53,635 bases of DNA, from positions 1 to 53,635 of IMG/VR virus record IMGVR_UViG_2537561603_000004; one strand, written 5' to 3'. A program made the translations under genes and the position numbers. Every line of letters starts with the position of its first letter. The stretch's first letter is position 1. Below are positions 20,912-34,302 of this stretch, piece after piece. The notes under the pieces were generated by a model, which was given only the letters and a program-made list of their open reading frames with translations, ran no database searches and was not told where the DNA came from. This stretch comes from a virus (taxonomy: Duplodnaviria > Heunggongvirae > Uroviricota > Caudoviricetes).

Positions 20912-21125
20912 CGGGTCCTTTCCGTCGATCCAACAGGTTACGGGGCGGCGACCTCGCGGGTTTTCGCTATTTATGAAAATTTTCCGGTTTAAGGCGTTTC
21001 CGTTCTTCTTCGCCGTAACTTAATGTTTTTATTTAAAACACTCCCTGAAAAGAAAGGAAACGACAGGTGCTGAAAACGGGCTTTTTGGCCTCTGTCGTTT
21101 CCTTTCTCTGTTTTTGTCCGTGGAA
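20912..21125 (+). other. cos: Prophage cos site (cosQ-cosN-cosB); cosN at about 20943-20954
   Basis: Sequence matches the lambda cohesive-end region (gggcggcgacctcgcgggttttcgctatttatgaaaattttccggtttaaggcgtttccgttcttctt...) immediately upstream of nu1. Confidence 0.9.
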
Positions 21126-21131
21126 TGAACA

Positions 21132-21651
21132 ATGGAAGTCAACAAAAAGCAGCTGGCTGACATTTTCGGCGCGAGTATCCGTACTATTCAGAACTGGCAG
21201 GAGCAGGGAATGCCCGTTCTGCGAGGCGGTGGGAAGGGTAATGAGGTGCTTTATGACTCTGCCGACGTCATAAAATGGTATGCCGAAAGGGATGCTGAAA
21301 TTGAGAACGAAAAGCTGCGCCGGGAGGTTGAAGAACTGCGACAGGCCAGCGAGACAGATCTCCAGCCAGGGACTATTGAGTACGAACGCCATCGACTTAC
21401 GCGTGCGCAGGCCGACGCACAGGAGCTGAAAAATGCCAGAGACTCCGCTGAAGTGGTGGAAACCGCATTCTGTACTTTCGTGCTGTCGCGGATCGCAGGT
21501 GAAATTGCCAGTATTCTCGACGGGATCCCCCTGTCGGTGCAGCGGCGTTTTCCGGAACTGGAAAACCGACATGTTGATTTCCTGAAACGGGATATCATCA
21601 AAGCCATGAACAAAGCAGCCGCGCTGGATGAACTGATACCGGGGTTGCTGA

Positions 21652-21677
<26 letters not shown>
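21132..21677 (+). CDS. nu1: Terminase small subunit Nu1
   Basis: 181-aa translation near-identical to lambda Nu1. Confidence 0.95.
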
Positions 21678-25358
<3,681 letters not shown>

Positions 25359-25378
<20 letters not shown>

Positions 25379-26678
25379 TCTCCCGCATATTGCCAGTATG
25401 GCCTTTAATGAGCCGCTGATGCTTGAACCCGCCTATGCGCGGGTTTTCTTTTGTGCGCTTGCAGGCCAGCTTGGGATCAGCCGCCTGACGGATGCGGTAT
25501 CCGGCGACAGCCTGACTGCCGGAGAGGCACCCGCGGCGCTGGCGTTATCCGTTGATGATGACGGACCACGACAGGCCCGCAGTTATCAGGTCATGAACGG
25601 CATCGCCGTGCTGCCGGTGTCCGGCACGCTGGTCAGTCGGACGCGAGCGCTGCAGCCGTATTCGGGGATGACCGGTTACAACGGCATTATCGCCCGTCTG
25701 CAACAGGCTGCCAGCGACCCGATGGTGGACGGCATTCTGCTCGATATGGATACGCCAGGCGGGATGGTGGCAGGGGCATTTGACTGCGCTGACATCATCG
25801 CCCGTGTGCGTGACATAAAGCCGGTATGGGCGCTGGCCAACGACATGAACTGCAGTGCAGGTCAGTTGCTTGCCAGCGCCGCCTCCCGACGTCTGGTCAC
25901 GCAGACCGCCCGGACAGGCTCCATCGGCGTCATGATGGCTCACAGTAATTACGGTGCTGCGCTGGAGAAACAGGGCGTGGAAATCACGCTGATTTACAGC
26001 GGCAGCCATAAGGTGGATGGCAACCCCTACAGCCATCTACCGGATGATGTCCGGGAAACACTGCAGTCCCGGATGGATGCAACCCGCCGGATGTTTGCAC
26101 AGAAGGTGTCGGCATATACCGGCCTGTCCGTGCAGGCTGTGCTGGATACCGAGGCTGCAGTGTACAGCGGTCAGGAGGCCATTGATGCCGGACTGGCTGA
26201 TGAACTTGTTAACAGTACCGATGCGATCACCGTCATGCGTGATGCACTGGATGCACGTAAATCCCGTCTCTCAGGAGGGCGAATGACCAAAGAGACTCAA
26301 TCAACAACTGTTTCAGCCACTGCTTCGCAGGCTGACGTTACTGGCGTGGTGCCAGCGACGGAGGGCGAGAACGCCAGCGCTGCGCAGCCGGACGTGAACG
26401 CGCAGATCACCGCAGCGGTTGCGGCAGAAAACAGTCGCATTATGGGGATCCTCAACTGTGAGGAAGCTCACGGACGCGAAGAACAGGCACGCGTGCTGGC
26501 CGAAACCCCTGGTATGACCGTGGAAACGGCCCGCCGCATTCTGGCAGTTGCACCACAGAGTGCACAGGCGCGCAGTGACACTGCGCTGGATCGTCTGATG
26601 CAGGGGGCACCGGCACCGCTGGCTGCAGGTAACCTGGCATCTGATGCCGTTAACGATTTGCTGAACACACCAGTGTAA
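25359..26678 (+). CDS. C: Head maturation protease C (Nu3 scaffold nested in frame)
   Basis: GTG start at 25359 (VTAELRNLPHIASMAFNEPLM...) gives a 439-aa protein matching lambda gpC. Confidence 0.9.
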
Positions 26679-26687
26679 GGGATGTTT

Positions 26688-27020
26688 ATGACGAGCAAAG
26701 AAACCTTTACCCATTACCAGCCGCTGGGCAACAGTGACCCGGCTCATACCGCAACCGCGCCCGGCGGATTGAGTGCGAAAGCGCCTGCAATGACCCCGCT
26801 GATGCTGGACACCTCCAGCCGTAAGCTGGTTGCGTGGGATGGCACCACCGACGGTGCTGCCGTTGGCATTCTTGCGGTTGCTGCTGACCAGACCAGCACC
26901 ACGCTGACGTTCTACAAGTCCGGCACGTTCCGTTATGAGGATGTGCTCTGGCCGGAGGCTGCCAGCGACGAGACGAAAAAACGGACCGCGTTTGCCGGAA
27001 CGGCAATCAGCATCGTTTAA
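26688..27020 (+). CDS. D: Head decoration protein D
   Basis: 110-aa translation from the ATG at 26688 ([12 protein letters not shown]...) matches lambda gpD. Confidence 0.95.
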   Translation: MTSKETFTHYQPLGNSDPAHTATAPGGLSAKAPAMTPLMLDTSSRKLVAWDGTTDGAAVGILAVAADQTSTTLTFYKSGTFRYEDVLWPEAASDETKKRTAFAGTAISIV

Positions 27021-27040
27021 CTTTACCCTTCATCACTAAA

Positions 27041-27062
27041 GGCCGCCTGTGCGGCTTTTTTT
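27041..27062 (+). terminator. Hairpin plus T-run between D and E (possible attenuator)
   Basis: ggccgc-ctgt-gcggc followed by ttttttt. Confidence 0.35.
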
Positions 27063-27075
27063 ACGGGATTTTTTT

Positions 27076-27351
27076 ATGTCGATGTACACAACCGCCCAGC
27101 TGCTGGCGGCAAATGAGCAGAAATTTAAGTTTGATCCGCTGTTTCTGCGTCTCTTTTTCCGTGAGAGCTATCCCTTCACCACGGAGAAAGTCTATCTCTC
27201 ACAAATTCCGGGACTGGTAAACATGGCGCTGTACGTTTCGCCGATTGTTTCCGGTGAGGTTATCCGTTCCCGTGGCGGCTCCACCTCTGAATTTACGCCG
27301 GGATATGTCAAGCCGAAGCACTTAGCATGGCTTTCTGAGGCTTTCGTGTAG
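27076..27351 (+). pseudogene. E: Major capsid protein E, 5' portion (codons 1-81), interrupted by insertion at 27320/27321
   Basis: Translation MSMYTTAQLLAANEQKFKFDPLFL...TPGYVKPKH matches the lambda gpE N-terminus, then reads into unrelated sequence (LAWLSEAFV) and stops; the remainder of E resumes at 38043. Confidence 0.9.
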
Positions 27352-27448
27352 TTGCTGGTTTTTACACTTAATCTTTTGATAATAAAGAATAAGTCTATCT
27401 GGCGCTTTCACTGGATTTTCCTCGTTATCTGTGTGTTGCAATCATCTC

Positions 27449-27469
27449 TGTATTGCAGCTTGTATTGCT
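27449..27469 (+). repeat. Arm-type repeat, left copy (TGTATTGCAGCTTGTATTGCT)
   Basis: 21-bp sequence repeated in the same orientation at 37942-37962 (one mismatch), just inside each element end. Confidence 0.6.
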
Positions 27470-27483
27470 TTTTGGGGCTTAAA

Positions 27484-28719
27484 ATGGCTGGCGAGAACAA
27501 ACTGAGCGACAAAGCACTTAAAGGATATCTGGGGAAACCCAGAGAAAAGCAGATCACCATTGCTGATGGAAAGGGGCTTTCTATTCGTGTGAGTACCAAG
27601 GGGGCTGTGAGCTTTGTTTTCTTCTACAGGTTAGCAGGTGGCCGGGCTGCTCCGGTCTGGCTAACGTTGGGTAAATATCCTGATATGTCACTCAAACAGG
27701 CAAGGGAAAAGCGCGACGAGTGCCGTGGTTGGTTGGCTGACAAACGTGATCCGCGTATCCAGATTAAGATTCAGGCTGAAGAACGCTTAAAGCCGGTCAC
27801 AGTGGAGGATGCACTAAATTACTGGTATGAAAATTACTGTAAGGTGCGTCGTAAAACTCATGCTGTAACGCTTGGCAGATTTCGAAAGCATATTTTTCCC
27901 TATATCGGTCATTTGCCTGTAAATGACACTCACCTATATGAATGGCTGGACTGTTTTGACCGAATTAAACGTAATGCACCAGTTATGGCGGCGTATGTTT
28001 TTTCTGACACTAAATTAGCTCTTCGTTTTTGTCGGGTACGCCAGTACGCGACGTGTGATGCTTTAAAGGATTTGCGCATGAGTGATGTGGGGCAGATTGC
28101 AGGTAAGCGGGATCGGGTTCTGGATGAAGCCGAGCTGGGCCAGCTCTGGAAAGCAATTTTTGTCGAGCCTGATTTAAAACTAATGTCTGAATACACGCGA
28201 AAAATGTTTGTACTTTGTACAGTATTTGGATGTCGAATGAGTGAAGCCCGATTATCAGAATGGAGCGAATGGGATCTCGAAAGTTGGGTTTGGACTGTAC
28301 CAAAAGATCACTCAAAAACTGGTGTTGAAATCGTCAGACCAGTACCTGAAATTCTACGACAGTGGGTAACGGATGTTCACGAAGAGACAAAACATACTGG
28401 TTATGTGCTGGGAAGTCTGCGAATTAGAGAAAGCGTAAGCAAGATTGGGGGGAAAATCGGTAAACGTTTGGGCCATGAAAAACAATGGTCACTACACGAC
28501 CTTAGAAGAACGCTATCTACTCATCTAAGTGATCTCGGTGTTGAATTTTATGTAGTAGAACAACTGTTAGGCCATGCGCTACCTGGCGTGGCAGGTGTTT
28601 ACAACCGGAGTAAGTTTATGGCTAAAAAACTGGATGCTCTGGAACTCTGGACTACATATCTCAATAGCATCGCAGGTGCTGATTCAAAAGTGATAATCCT
28701 CAAACAAAAGGCTGGTTAA
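27484..28719 (+). CDS. Tyrosine integrase (P4-type, satellite-associated)
   Basis: 411-aa protein from the ATG at 27484; catalytic motifs HDLRRT and LLGHA...GVYNR; the N-terminal extension in the ORF track is unlikely to be coding. Confidence 0.85.
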   Translation: MAGENKLSDKALKGYLGKPREKQITIADGKGLSIRVSTKGAVSFVFFYRLAGGRAAPVWLTLGKYPDMSLKQAREKRDECRGWLADKRDPRIQIKIQAEERLKPVTVEDALNYWYENYCKVRRKTHAVTLGRFRKHIFPYIGHLPVNDTHLYEWLDCFDRIKRNAPVMAAYVFSDTKLALRFCRVRQYATCDALKDLRMSDVGQIAGKRDRVLDEAELGQLWKAIFVEPDLKLMSEYTRKMFVLCTVFGCRMSEARLSEWSEWDLESWVWTVPKDHSKTGVEIVRPVPEILRQWVTDVHEETKHTGYVLGSLRIRESVSKIGGKIGKRLGHEKQWSLHDLRRTLSTHLSDLGVEFYVVEQLLGHALPGVAGVYNRSKFMAKKLDALELWTTYLNSIAGADSKVIILKQKAG

Positions 28720-28720
28720 C

Positions 28721-28948
28721 ATGAAAAAAATGGCGATTGTTGATAAAAAGGGTCTGGAGTACATTCCTAACATCGATCGTATGATCCGTGAGAAAGAATG
28801 TCGGGAGCTAACCACTCTTGCGAACAGCACACGCTGGAAGCTGGAGAAGGAAGGGAAATTTCCTAAGCGGATCAAGATTGGCTCCACTGCTGTTGCATAT
28901 CGTCTTTCAGAAGTGCAGGCATGGATTCGAGGTGAGTGGGTAGTTTAA
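28721..28948 (+). CDS. AlpA-family transcriptional regulator/excisionase
   Basis: 75-aa protein with AlpA-like HTH (LANSTRWKLEKEGKFPKRIKIGSTAVAYRLSEVQAWI) directly after the integrase. Confidence 0.7.
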   Translation: MKKMAIVDKKGLEYIPNIDRMIREKECRELTTLANSTRWKLEKEGKFPKRIKIGSTAVAYRLSEVQAWIRGEWVV

Positions 28949-29017
28949 ATTATCTCAGAATAAAATATTATGAATTACTGATTTGAGAATTTGCACTCAA
29001 ATCAGTAATAACATTCT

Positions 29018-29554
29018 TTATAAGAGATTAAATCCAAATAAAGAGTAATCATATGCCGGGGTGCATTGCATCCCACTGAATATGCTGATATTTTTTTCTG
29101 TTTCTATCCTTTTTTCAATAAGTTGTTGTATATTTTTACAGTACAATTTGTGTGTGATGTTATTATCGTAAGCCTGATATAACAACGTCAATGTTGACGC
29201 TATGAAACATGCAGAAAGAAAATGAACTAGTACATGTGAACGTTTTTTGGTTGTCCATGATGCATTCGCTTGTGAAATATAAATCATTCTGAGAAGGATA
29301 ATGATGATAGACAGTAACAGACCACTCAATAAAATAAGCATTGGGTTTGCGTATTTTATTAATGGTTGAGAGCAAAAAACCATTATGGCTCCTGTGACTG
29401 CGTATGAGAAAAAGGAGTAATTAAACTTTTTACTTCTTCTCTCAAGTATTTTAATTTCATCTTGTGTGGGGGTTTTAGATGCCTCTAATATAAGTTTATT
29501 GAATGTTTCTATTATCTTGTTTTTTATGTTTGTGGCTATTTTTTTTAGATTCAT
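29018..29554 (-). CDS. Multi-pass membrane protein of unknown function (accessory cargo)
   Basis: 178-aa ORF with ~4 hydrophobic helices in a strongly AT-rich segment (about 28950-29870); own RBS (gggag). Confidence 0.5.
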   Translation of the reverse strand: MNLKKIATNIKNKIIETFNKLILEASKTPTQDEIKILERRSKKFNYSFFSYAVTGAIMVFCSQPLIKYANPMLILLSGLLLSIIIILLRMIYISQANASWTTKKRSHVLVHFLSACFIASTLTLLYQAYDNNITHKLYCKNIQQLIEKRIETEKNISIFSGMQCTPAYDYSLFGFNLL

Positions 29555-29904
29555 AGTATTCTAACTCCCTTAACTTATTTATTACTTTCTCTTTATGATA
29601 AGAGAGGGGAATGACTTGGTAAAGTGATTTGTAATTAATAATGATAATCCTTGCGATAAATATTTCTGCAAGTTATTTATCTGTTTGTTGCTATCTTGTT
29701 AAGCGTTGGGTGTGGTTTATGTTTGGAGCGACTTTATTTAATCGTGATTTTATGGATCTATATTTATATCCTGTAAGATAAGCGCATGTTAGTTCAGGAG
29801 TAGTGTCAGATAAAATTATTCGGAGTAGAACTACCTTTTCTGTTTATTGCCAGTATTTACATAGCAATGCGCCGTAGTTACTCACATCACGGCGCTGATA
29901 GTAA

Positions 29905-30207
29905 TTATTCAGATTCTTTGGCTTTACGCCGCTGGAGTTCTTCACGAGCGACGGCTACGAGTTGCCCGATTTCCTCCGCTGCCTTGATGCCGATTTGTTC
30001 GACCTTAGCTAAGGCATCCAGTGAAGACACGAGGGGATTTTCTCCGCTTCCTTCTGCCTGGCGGCGGGCGATCTCACCGCGCATGGCGGTTACTATGAAT
30101 CCGGCGTTGCTTTCGCCGTCCAGTTTTACGGATTCCATGCCCTCCATAACATCGTGGGGAACCCTGATCGTTGTCATTTGCGATTTTGCATTTTTGTATA
30201 CAGACAT
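29905..30207 (-). CDS. Ribbon-helix-helix (CopG/Arc-like) DNA-binding protein, putative repressor
   Basis: 100-aa ORF; N-terminal TTIRVPHDVMEGMESV pattern resembles an RHH beta-strand/helix; divergent from the rightward replication operon with operator-like repeats between. Confidence 0.45.
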   Translation of the reverse strand: MSVYKNAKSQMTTIRVPHDVMEGMESVKLDGESNAGFIVTAMRGEIARRQAEGSGENPLVSSLDALAKVEQIGIKAAEEIGQLVAVAREELQRRKAKESE

Positions 30208-30226
30208 AGTTAATCACCAATTTGTT

Positions 30227-30329
30227 ATGTGTATATCACTATACACAAAAGTGAGATATAAAAACACTTGCAATGTATATCACCACAATATAATGTATAT
30301 CTCACATCATGGTCGCTATGTATCTCACA
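30227..30329. promoter_or_regulatory. Divergent promoter region with repeated TGTAT(A)TC(A/T)CA operator-like motifs
   Basis: Direct repeats at 30227-30240, 30273-30284, 30293-30306 and 30318-30329, plus an inverted element (atatcac ... gtgagatat). Confidence 0.5.
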
Positions 30330-30415
30330 ATGATCGATTCATAAAAACGACGAAACCCGGCAGTGCGCGAACACTAACCGGGCTTCTAACCAAACCGTTA
30401 AACGAGGTAACGATT

Positions 30416-30781
30416 ATGGCTGGAACACAGCATACCCAAACTCACCCTAAATTTATATACACCTTTCTGGCACTACACCACGACCGCATGGCAGATGGAG
30501 CAACTACGGTACATGTTGCCGCTGACACGCTGGTTGATGCCCGCAAGATGGTTAAGGAGATGGGCTATACTGCGGCTTTCTGGAAAGGGCGTGAAGAAAA
30601 CACGCTGTTTATTCAGAAATGCGAAAACAATTTCATCTGGCGTTTTATCGCCCTGAGCACCGCACAACCACGCGTAATACACATCGAGGCCGCCAGCGAA
30701 CAGGAAGCCCGCCAGCAATTCCCAACTGGCTACGTGATGATATTCGCCGCCCGTATTCGTCAGGAGGTGTGCCATGAATGA
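30416..30781 (+). CDS. Hypothetical protein (first gene of rightward operon)
   Basis: 121-aa ORF from the ATG at 30416; the upstream part of the 304-aa track ORF spans the promoter and is rejected. Confidence 0.4.
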   Translation: MAGTQHTQTHPKFIYTFLALHHDRMADGATTVHVAADTLVDARKMVKEMGYTAAFWKGREENTLFIQKCENNFIWRFIALSTAQPRVIHIEAASEQEARQQFPTGYVMIFAARIRQEVCHE

Positions 30782-30998
30782 TCTTTATTTTAAAGTGCTG
30801 ACACATGCTGAAAACGCGCTCGTTTGTGGCAAAAATATGCGAGAAATCTTATCAACCTGGCTTGATGGGACAACAAATGCGGAACACGATGAACGGGATG
30901 CTAATTTAGCTGGAGCGTTAATTACGTTACTTGATCCTGTCATCAAAGAGCTGGATGAAGCTATAAAAATACACGACCAGAGCTATACCGGAGAATAA
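30774..30998 (+). CDS. Hypothetical protein
   Basis: 74-aa ORF with strong RBS (aggaggtg), overlapping the upstream gene stop. Confidence 0.4.
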   Translation: MNDLYFKVLTHAENALVCGKNMREILSTWLDGTTNAEHDERDANLAGALITLLDPVIKELDEAIKIHDQSYTGE

Positions 30999-31001
30999 AA
31001 A

Positions 31002-31289
31002 ATGAAAAATAAATTTTCTGGCTTTATTGCCAGCGGTCAAACTCATTCAAAAATCAGCCTTGGGGATATTTTCAAAGACAGCTATGGCTATCGGGTAAAG
31101 ATTATTTCGGTTGATGATCGTCGTGTCTCTTATTTGCGTGATGGTTATGATTTTGAATGTGTTATGCCGCGTCAGCAGTTCGAAAGAGATTTCATTCTGG
31201 TAAAAAATTGCAAGACAGATAATCAGAGGCGTGCCGCAGGCTATATCCGTAAAATTCGGGCAATGTTAGTTGCCGGAGGTAACAAATGA
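31002..31289 (+). CDS. Hypothetical protein
   Basis: 95-aa ORF overlapping the primase start. Confidence 0.4.
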   Translation: MKNKFSGFIASGQTHSKISLGDIFKDSYGYRVKIISVDDRRVSYLRDGYDFECVMPRQQFERDFILVKNCKTDNQRRAAGYIRKIRAMLVAGGNK

Positions 31290-33106
31290 AACGTGCTCCG
31301 AACTTAAAATACCAACCGCGCGACAAAATGACGGAAGTCATCATTTTTGCTGGCAGTGATGCCTGGAGCCATGCAAAAGAATGGAATGAATGGGCAGGTA
31401 AGCATATTGCAGCAGATGATACACCACCAGTCATTCTGGGTACGGAACAACTGGAAAACCTGGATGATATGCAAATTATCGATGAAGGCCGTCATTATGT
31501 GCGTGTTTATCGTGCCGGAAAGATTGCAGAGAAAAGTCTGACGAAGGTTGCGACATTACTTGCTATTGCAGGCGTAAAGGAAGCACGTTGTTACCGTAGC
31601 TTTGTTGATCGAGAGCCTGAAGACTGGACTCCGCGCCTTGTCGGCCTAAAAGCTGAAGCGGAGCATGGGGAAAGTCTGGTGATTGAACTGCCAGTTAAGA
31701 AGGCTGAGCGCAAAAATGACGAGCGTGCTTCATCTTTGGCGTTGAATCAGATGGGGGCCAGCCAGCGCGGTGAAGTTCTCCTTGCACATTACGGCGGCGA
31801 ACTGGCAATCAATGCCGACTCTGACACCGTTCATCATTACAACGGCGTTGTATGGGAGCCGGTTCAGGATAAAGAGTTACAGCGTGCTATGGCGCAGATT
31901 TTCATTGATGCGGAGATCAGCTATTCGCAGAACGCTATTAAATCGGCGGTAGATACCATGAAGTTAAGTTTGCCTGTAATGGGGAATACAGCCCGTAACC
32001 TGATTGGATTCAGTAACGGGGTATTTGATACCAGAACTGGTAACTTTCGGGAGCATAACAAAAACGACTGGTTGTTAATTGCCAGTGAATTACCTTTCAG
32101 CCCACCAGCAGAGGGGGAAACGCTGGCAACACATGCGCCGAATTTCTGGAAGTGGTTGCGCCGTTCGGTGGCTGAGAATGACCGCAAGGCAGATCGCGTA
32201 CTGGCGGCATTATTCATGGTGCTGGCGAACCGGTACGACTGGCAGTTATTCATTGAGGTAACAGGGCCGGGGGGAAGTGGTAAAAGTGTGATGGCGGAGA
32301 TTTGCACCATGCTGGCGGGTAAGGCTAATACAGTATCAGCAAGCATGAAGGCGCTGGAAGATGCAAGGGAACGTGCGTTAGTGGTTGGCTTTTCGCTGAT
32401 TATCATGCCGGATATGACCCGCTACGCTGGTGATGGGGCAGGGATTAAGGCCATTACAGGCGGTGACAAGGTGGCAATTGACCCGAAACACAAAGCCCCC
32501 TATTCAACGCGTATTCCGGCAGTAGTGCTGGCGGTTAACAATAACGCCATGTCATTCAGTGACCGCAGCGGGGGGATCTCACGTCGTCGGGTGATATTCA
32601 ATTTTTCGGAAGTTGTACCGGAGAACGAACGCGATTCGATGCTGGCGGAAAAAATAGAAGGTGAGCTGGCGGTAGTGATTCGCCATCTGCTTACACGGTT
32701 TGCTGATCAGGACGAAGCCAGACGCCTGTTATATGAGCAGCAGAAATCTGAAGAAGCACTGGCGATAAAGCGAGAGGGGGATTCGCTGGTGGACTTCTGC
32801 GGCTATCTCATGGCATCGGTAATGTGTGATGGCCTGTTAGTGGGTAATGCTGAAATTGTGCCATTCAGCCCACGCAGGTATCTCTATCATGCCTATCTGG
32901 CTTATATGAGGGCACATGGGTTTGGTAAACCTGTAACACTGACGCGCTTCGGTAAAGATATGCCGGGGGCAATGGCGGAATATGGCAGGGAGTATATGAA
33001 ACGGAAAACGAAGCACGGTTTGCGTTCAAACGTGACACTGACGGAGGAATCAGAAGACTGGATGCCATCATGTGTATCGGTCACTAATGACGATAGCAAA
33101 AATTAA
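31286..33106 (+). CDS. Primase-helicase (P4/PICI-type Pri-Rep, SF3 helicase C-terminal domain)
   Basis: 606-aa protein with Walker A (GPGGSGKS) and following Walker B-like region; RBS ggaggt; followed immediately by iterons. Confidence 0.75.
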   Translation: MKRAPNLKYQPRDKMTEVIIFAGSDAWSHAKEWNEWAGKHIAADDTPPVILGTEQLENLDDMQIIDEGRHYVRVYRAGKIAEKSLTKVATLLAIAGVKEARCYRSFVDREPEDWTPRLVGLKAEAEHGESLVIELPVKKAERKNDERASSLALNQMGASQRGEVLLAHYGGELAINADSDTVHHYNGVVWEPVQDKELQRAMAQIFIDAEISYSQNAIKSAVDTMKLSLPVMGNTARNLIGFSNGVFDTRTGNFREHNKNDWLLIASELPFSPPAEGETLATHAPNFWKWLRRSVAENDRKADRVLAALFMVLANRYDWQLFIEVTGPGGSGKSVMAEICTMLAGKANTVSASMKALEDARERALVVGFSLIIMPDMTRYAGDGAGIKAITGGDKVAIDPKHKAPYSTRIPAVVLAVNNNAMSFSDRSGGISRRRVIFNFSEVVPENERDSMLAEKIEGELAVVIRHLLTRFADQDEARRLLYEQQKSEEALAIKREGDSLVDFCGYLMASVMCDGLLVGNAEIVPFSPRRYLYHAYLAYMRAHGFGKPVTLTRFGKDMPGAMAEYGREYMKRKTKHGLRSNVTLTEESEDWMPSCVSVTNDDSKN

Positions 33107-33116
33107 ACTTATGGAA

Positions 33117-33345
33117 TAACTGTTCACCACTGTTCACCCTGTCATAAATATCTTTTATATCAGTATATTATAGGGTGAACAGTTATTTATGAACTGTTCA
33201 CCAAACTATTCACTGTTCACCTTTTTGATTGTTTATTGAGCTTCAAGGGTGAACAGTGGTGAACAGTTGGTGAATAGTTTTTGTGAAACTGTTCACCAAT
33301 TAACATTATGAATTAAAAGAGAAAATATCAAAAGGTGAACAGGTG
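33117..33345. repeat. Replication origin iterons (CTGTTCACC / GGTGAACAG, about 10 copies in both orientations)
   Basis: Dense array of 9-bp repeats immediately downstream of the primase-helicase gene. Confidence 0.8.
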
Positions 33346-33393
33346 AAGGGTTAAAACGCAAAAATTTTAATTTACTGCTGTGAGATAAAGCCT

Positions 33394-33639
33394 ATGACAG
33401 CGAAGCACACAAAAAAATCACAATCGCACGCCCTTGATTTGACGGAACACTGGTTAAGGGTGTCGATAAAAATCATCGACCGCAACGCCGGGGAAGGATA
33501 CGCGAAAGCACATCCCGAACTGATTAGCGCATTCATGACAACGGCGGCTGCAAACTTTGCCACTCTGACCGAACGGGAGATTGCTGAAGCGGAGGAAGTG
33601 ACAACAATCAATATTAAGTCCGGAGAGCAGGCAGCATGA
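33394..33639 (+). CDS. Hypothetical protein
   Basis: 81-aa ORF between ori and ssb. Confidence 0.35.
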   Translation: MTAKHTKKSQSHALDLTEHWLRVSIKIIDRNAGEGYAKAHPELISAFMTTAAANFATLTEREIAEAEEVTTINIKSGEQAA

Positions 33640-34085
33640 CGGCGCAAATATCAGTTTACGGGCGGTTGGTGGACGACCCGCAGACAAAACAGACCAGCAA
33701 GGGCACCCCCATGACGCTGGCGCGTATGGCGGTATCACTGCCCTGCAGTCAGTCGGATGACGGTCAGGCGACGATGTGGTTATCTGTCCTGGCGTTTGGC
33801 AGACAAGCCGACGCGCTGGCAAAGCATCACAAAGGCGAACTCCTGAGCGTGGCGGGTAACATGCAGATGAGCCAGTGGACTGGACAGAACGGCGAAACGC
33901 GGCAGGGCTGGCAGGTTATCGCAGACAGCGTAATCAGTGCGCGATCGGTGCGACCGGGCGGCAATAAAGGCCAACAGGGGCAGGCTACTGACGCACTGAA
34001 CAGAGCAAAACAACAGGCAGATCAGCAAGGAAGCCAGCCACCAGTGGGAGATAATGAGCAATGGGGAGATGATATCCCGTTTTAA
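33636..34085 (+). CDS. ssb: Single-stranded DNA-binding protein (SSB)
   Basis: 149-aa protein with OB-fold-like N-terminus (ISVYGRLVDDPQ...), Gly/Gln-rich linker and the SSB-signature acidic tail DDIPF. Confidence 0.7.
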   Translation: MTAQISVYGRLVDDPQTKQTSKGTPMTLARMAVSLPCSQSDDGQATMWLSVLAFGRQADALAKHHKGELLSVAGNMQMSQWTGQNGETRQGWQVIADSVISARSVRPGGNKGQQGQATDALNRAKQQADQQGSQPPVGDNEQWGDDIPF

Positions 34086-34302
34086 ATATTGCCAATAAAA
34101 AAAGGCCGGAAAAAATAAATTTTCCGGCATGCTACATAAATCCCGACCAAAGGGAGTGAAGATATTAACACTAATTTTCCGCACTGAAGTTGTCACCCCA
34201 AAACTTTATACAACATTGCACTCGGTTGCATGTATTCGCATGACAAATATCGGTGATAGCATATATCCACAATTATTTTTAATGAATGCAAAGAGGATGC
34301 GT

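Noticed and set aside
20302-20933. Minus-strand ORFs of 86-117 aa between the TonB-like gene and cos
   Set aside because: Overlapping alternative frames without clear RBS or motifs in the cos-proximal region; not enough evidence to call a gene.
27352-27483. N-terminal extension of the element integrase in the ORF track
   Set aside because: Hydrophobic low-complexity translation of AT-rich att-proximal DNA containing the arm-like repeat; a well-placed ATG at 27484 gives a normal-length integrase.
29867-30781. 304-aa plus-strand ORF spanning the RHH gene and the operator region
   Set aside because: It reads antisense through the RHH gene and across the divergent promoter; only the 3' portion from the ATG at 30416 is plausibly coding.
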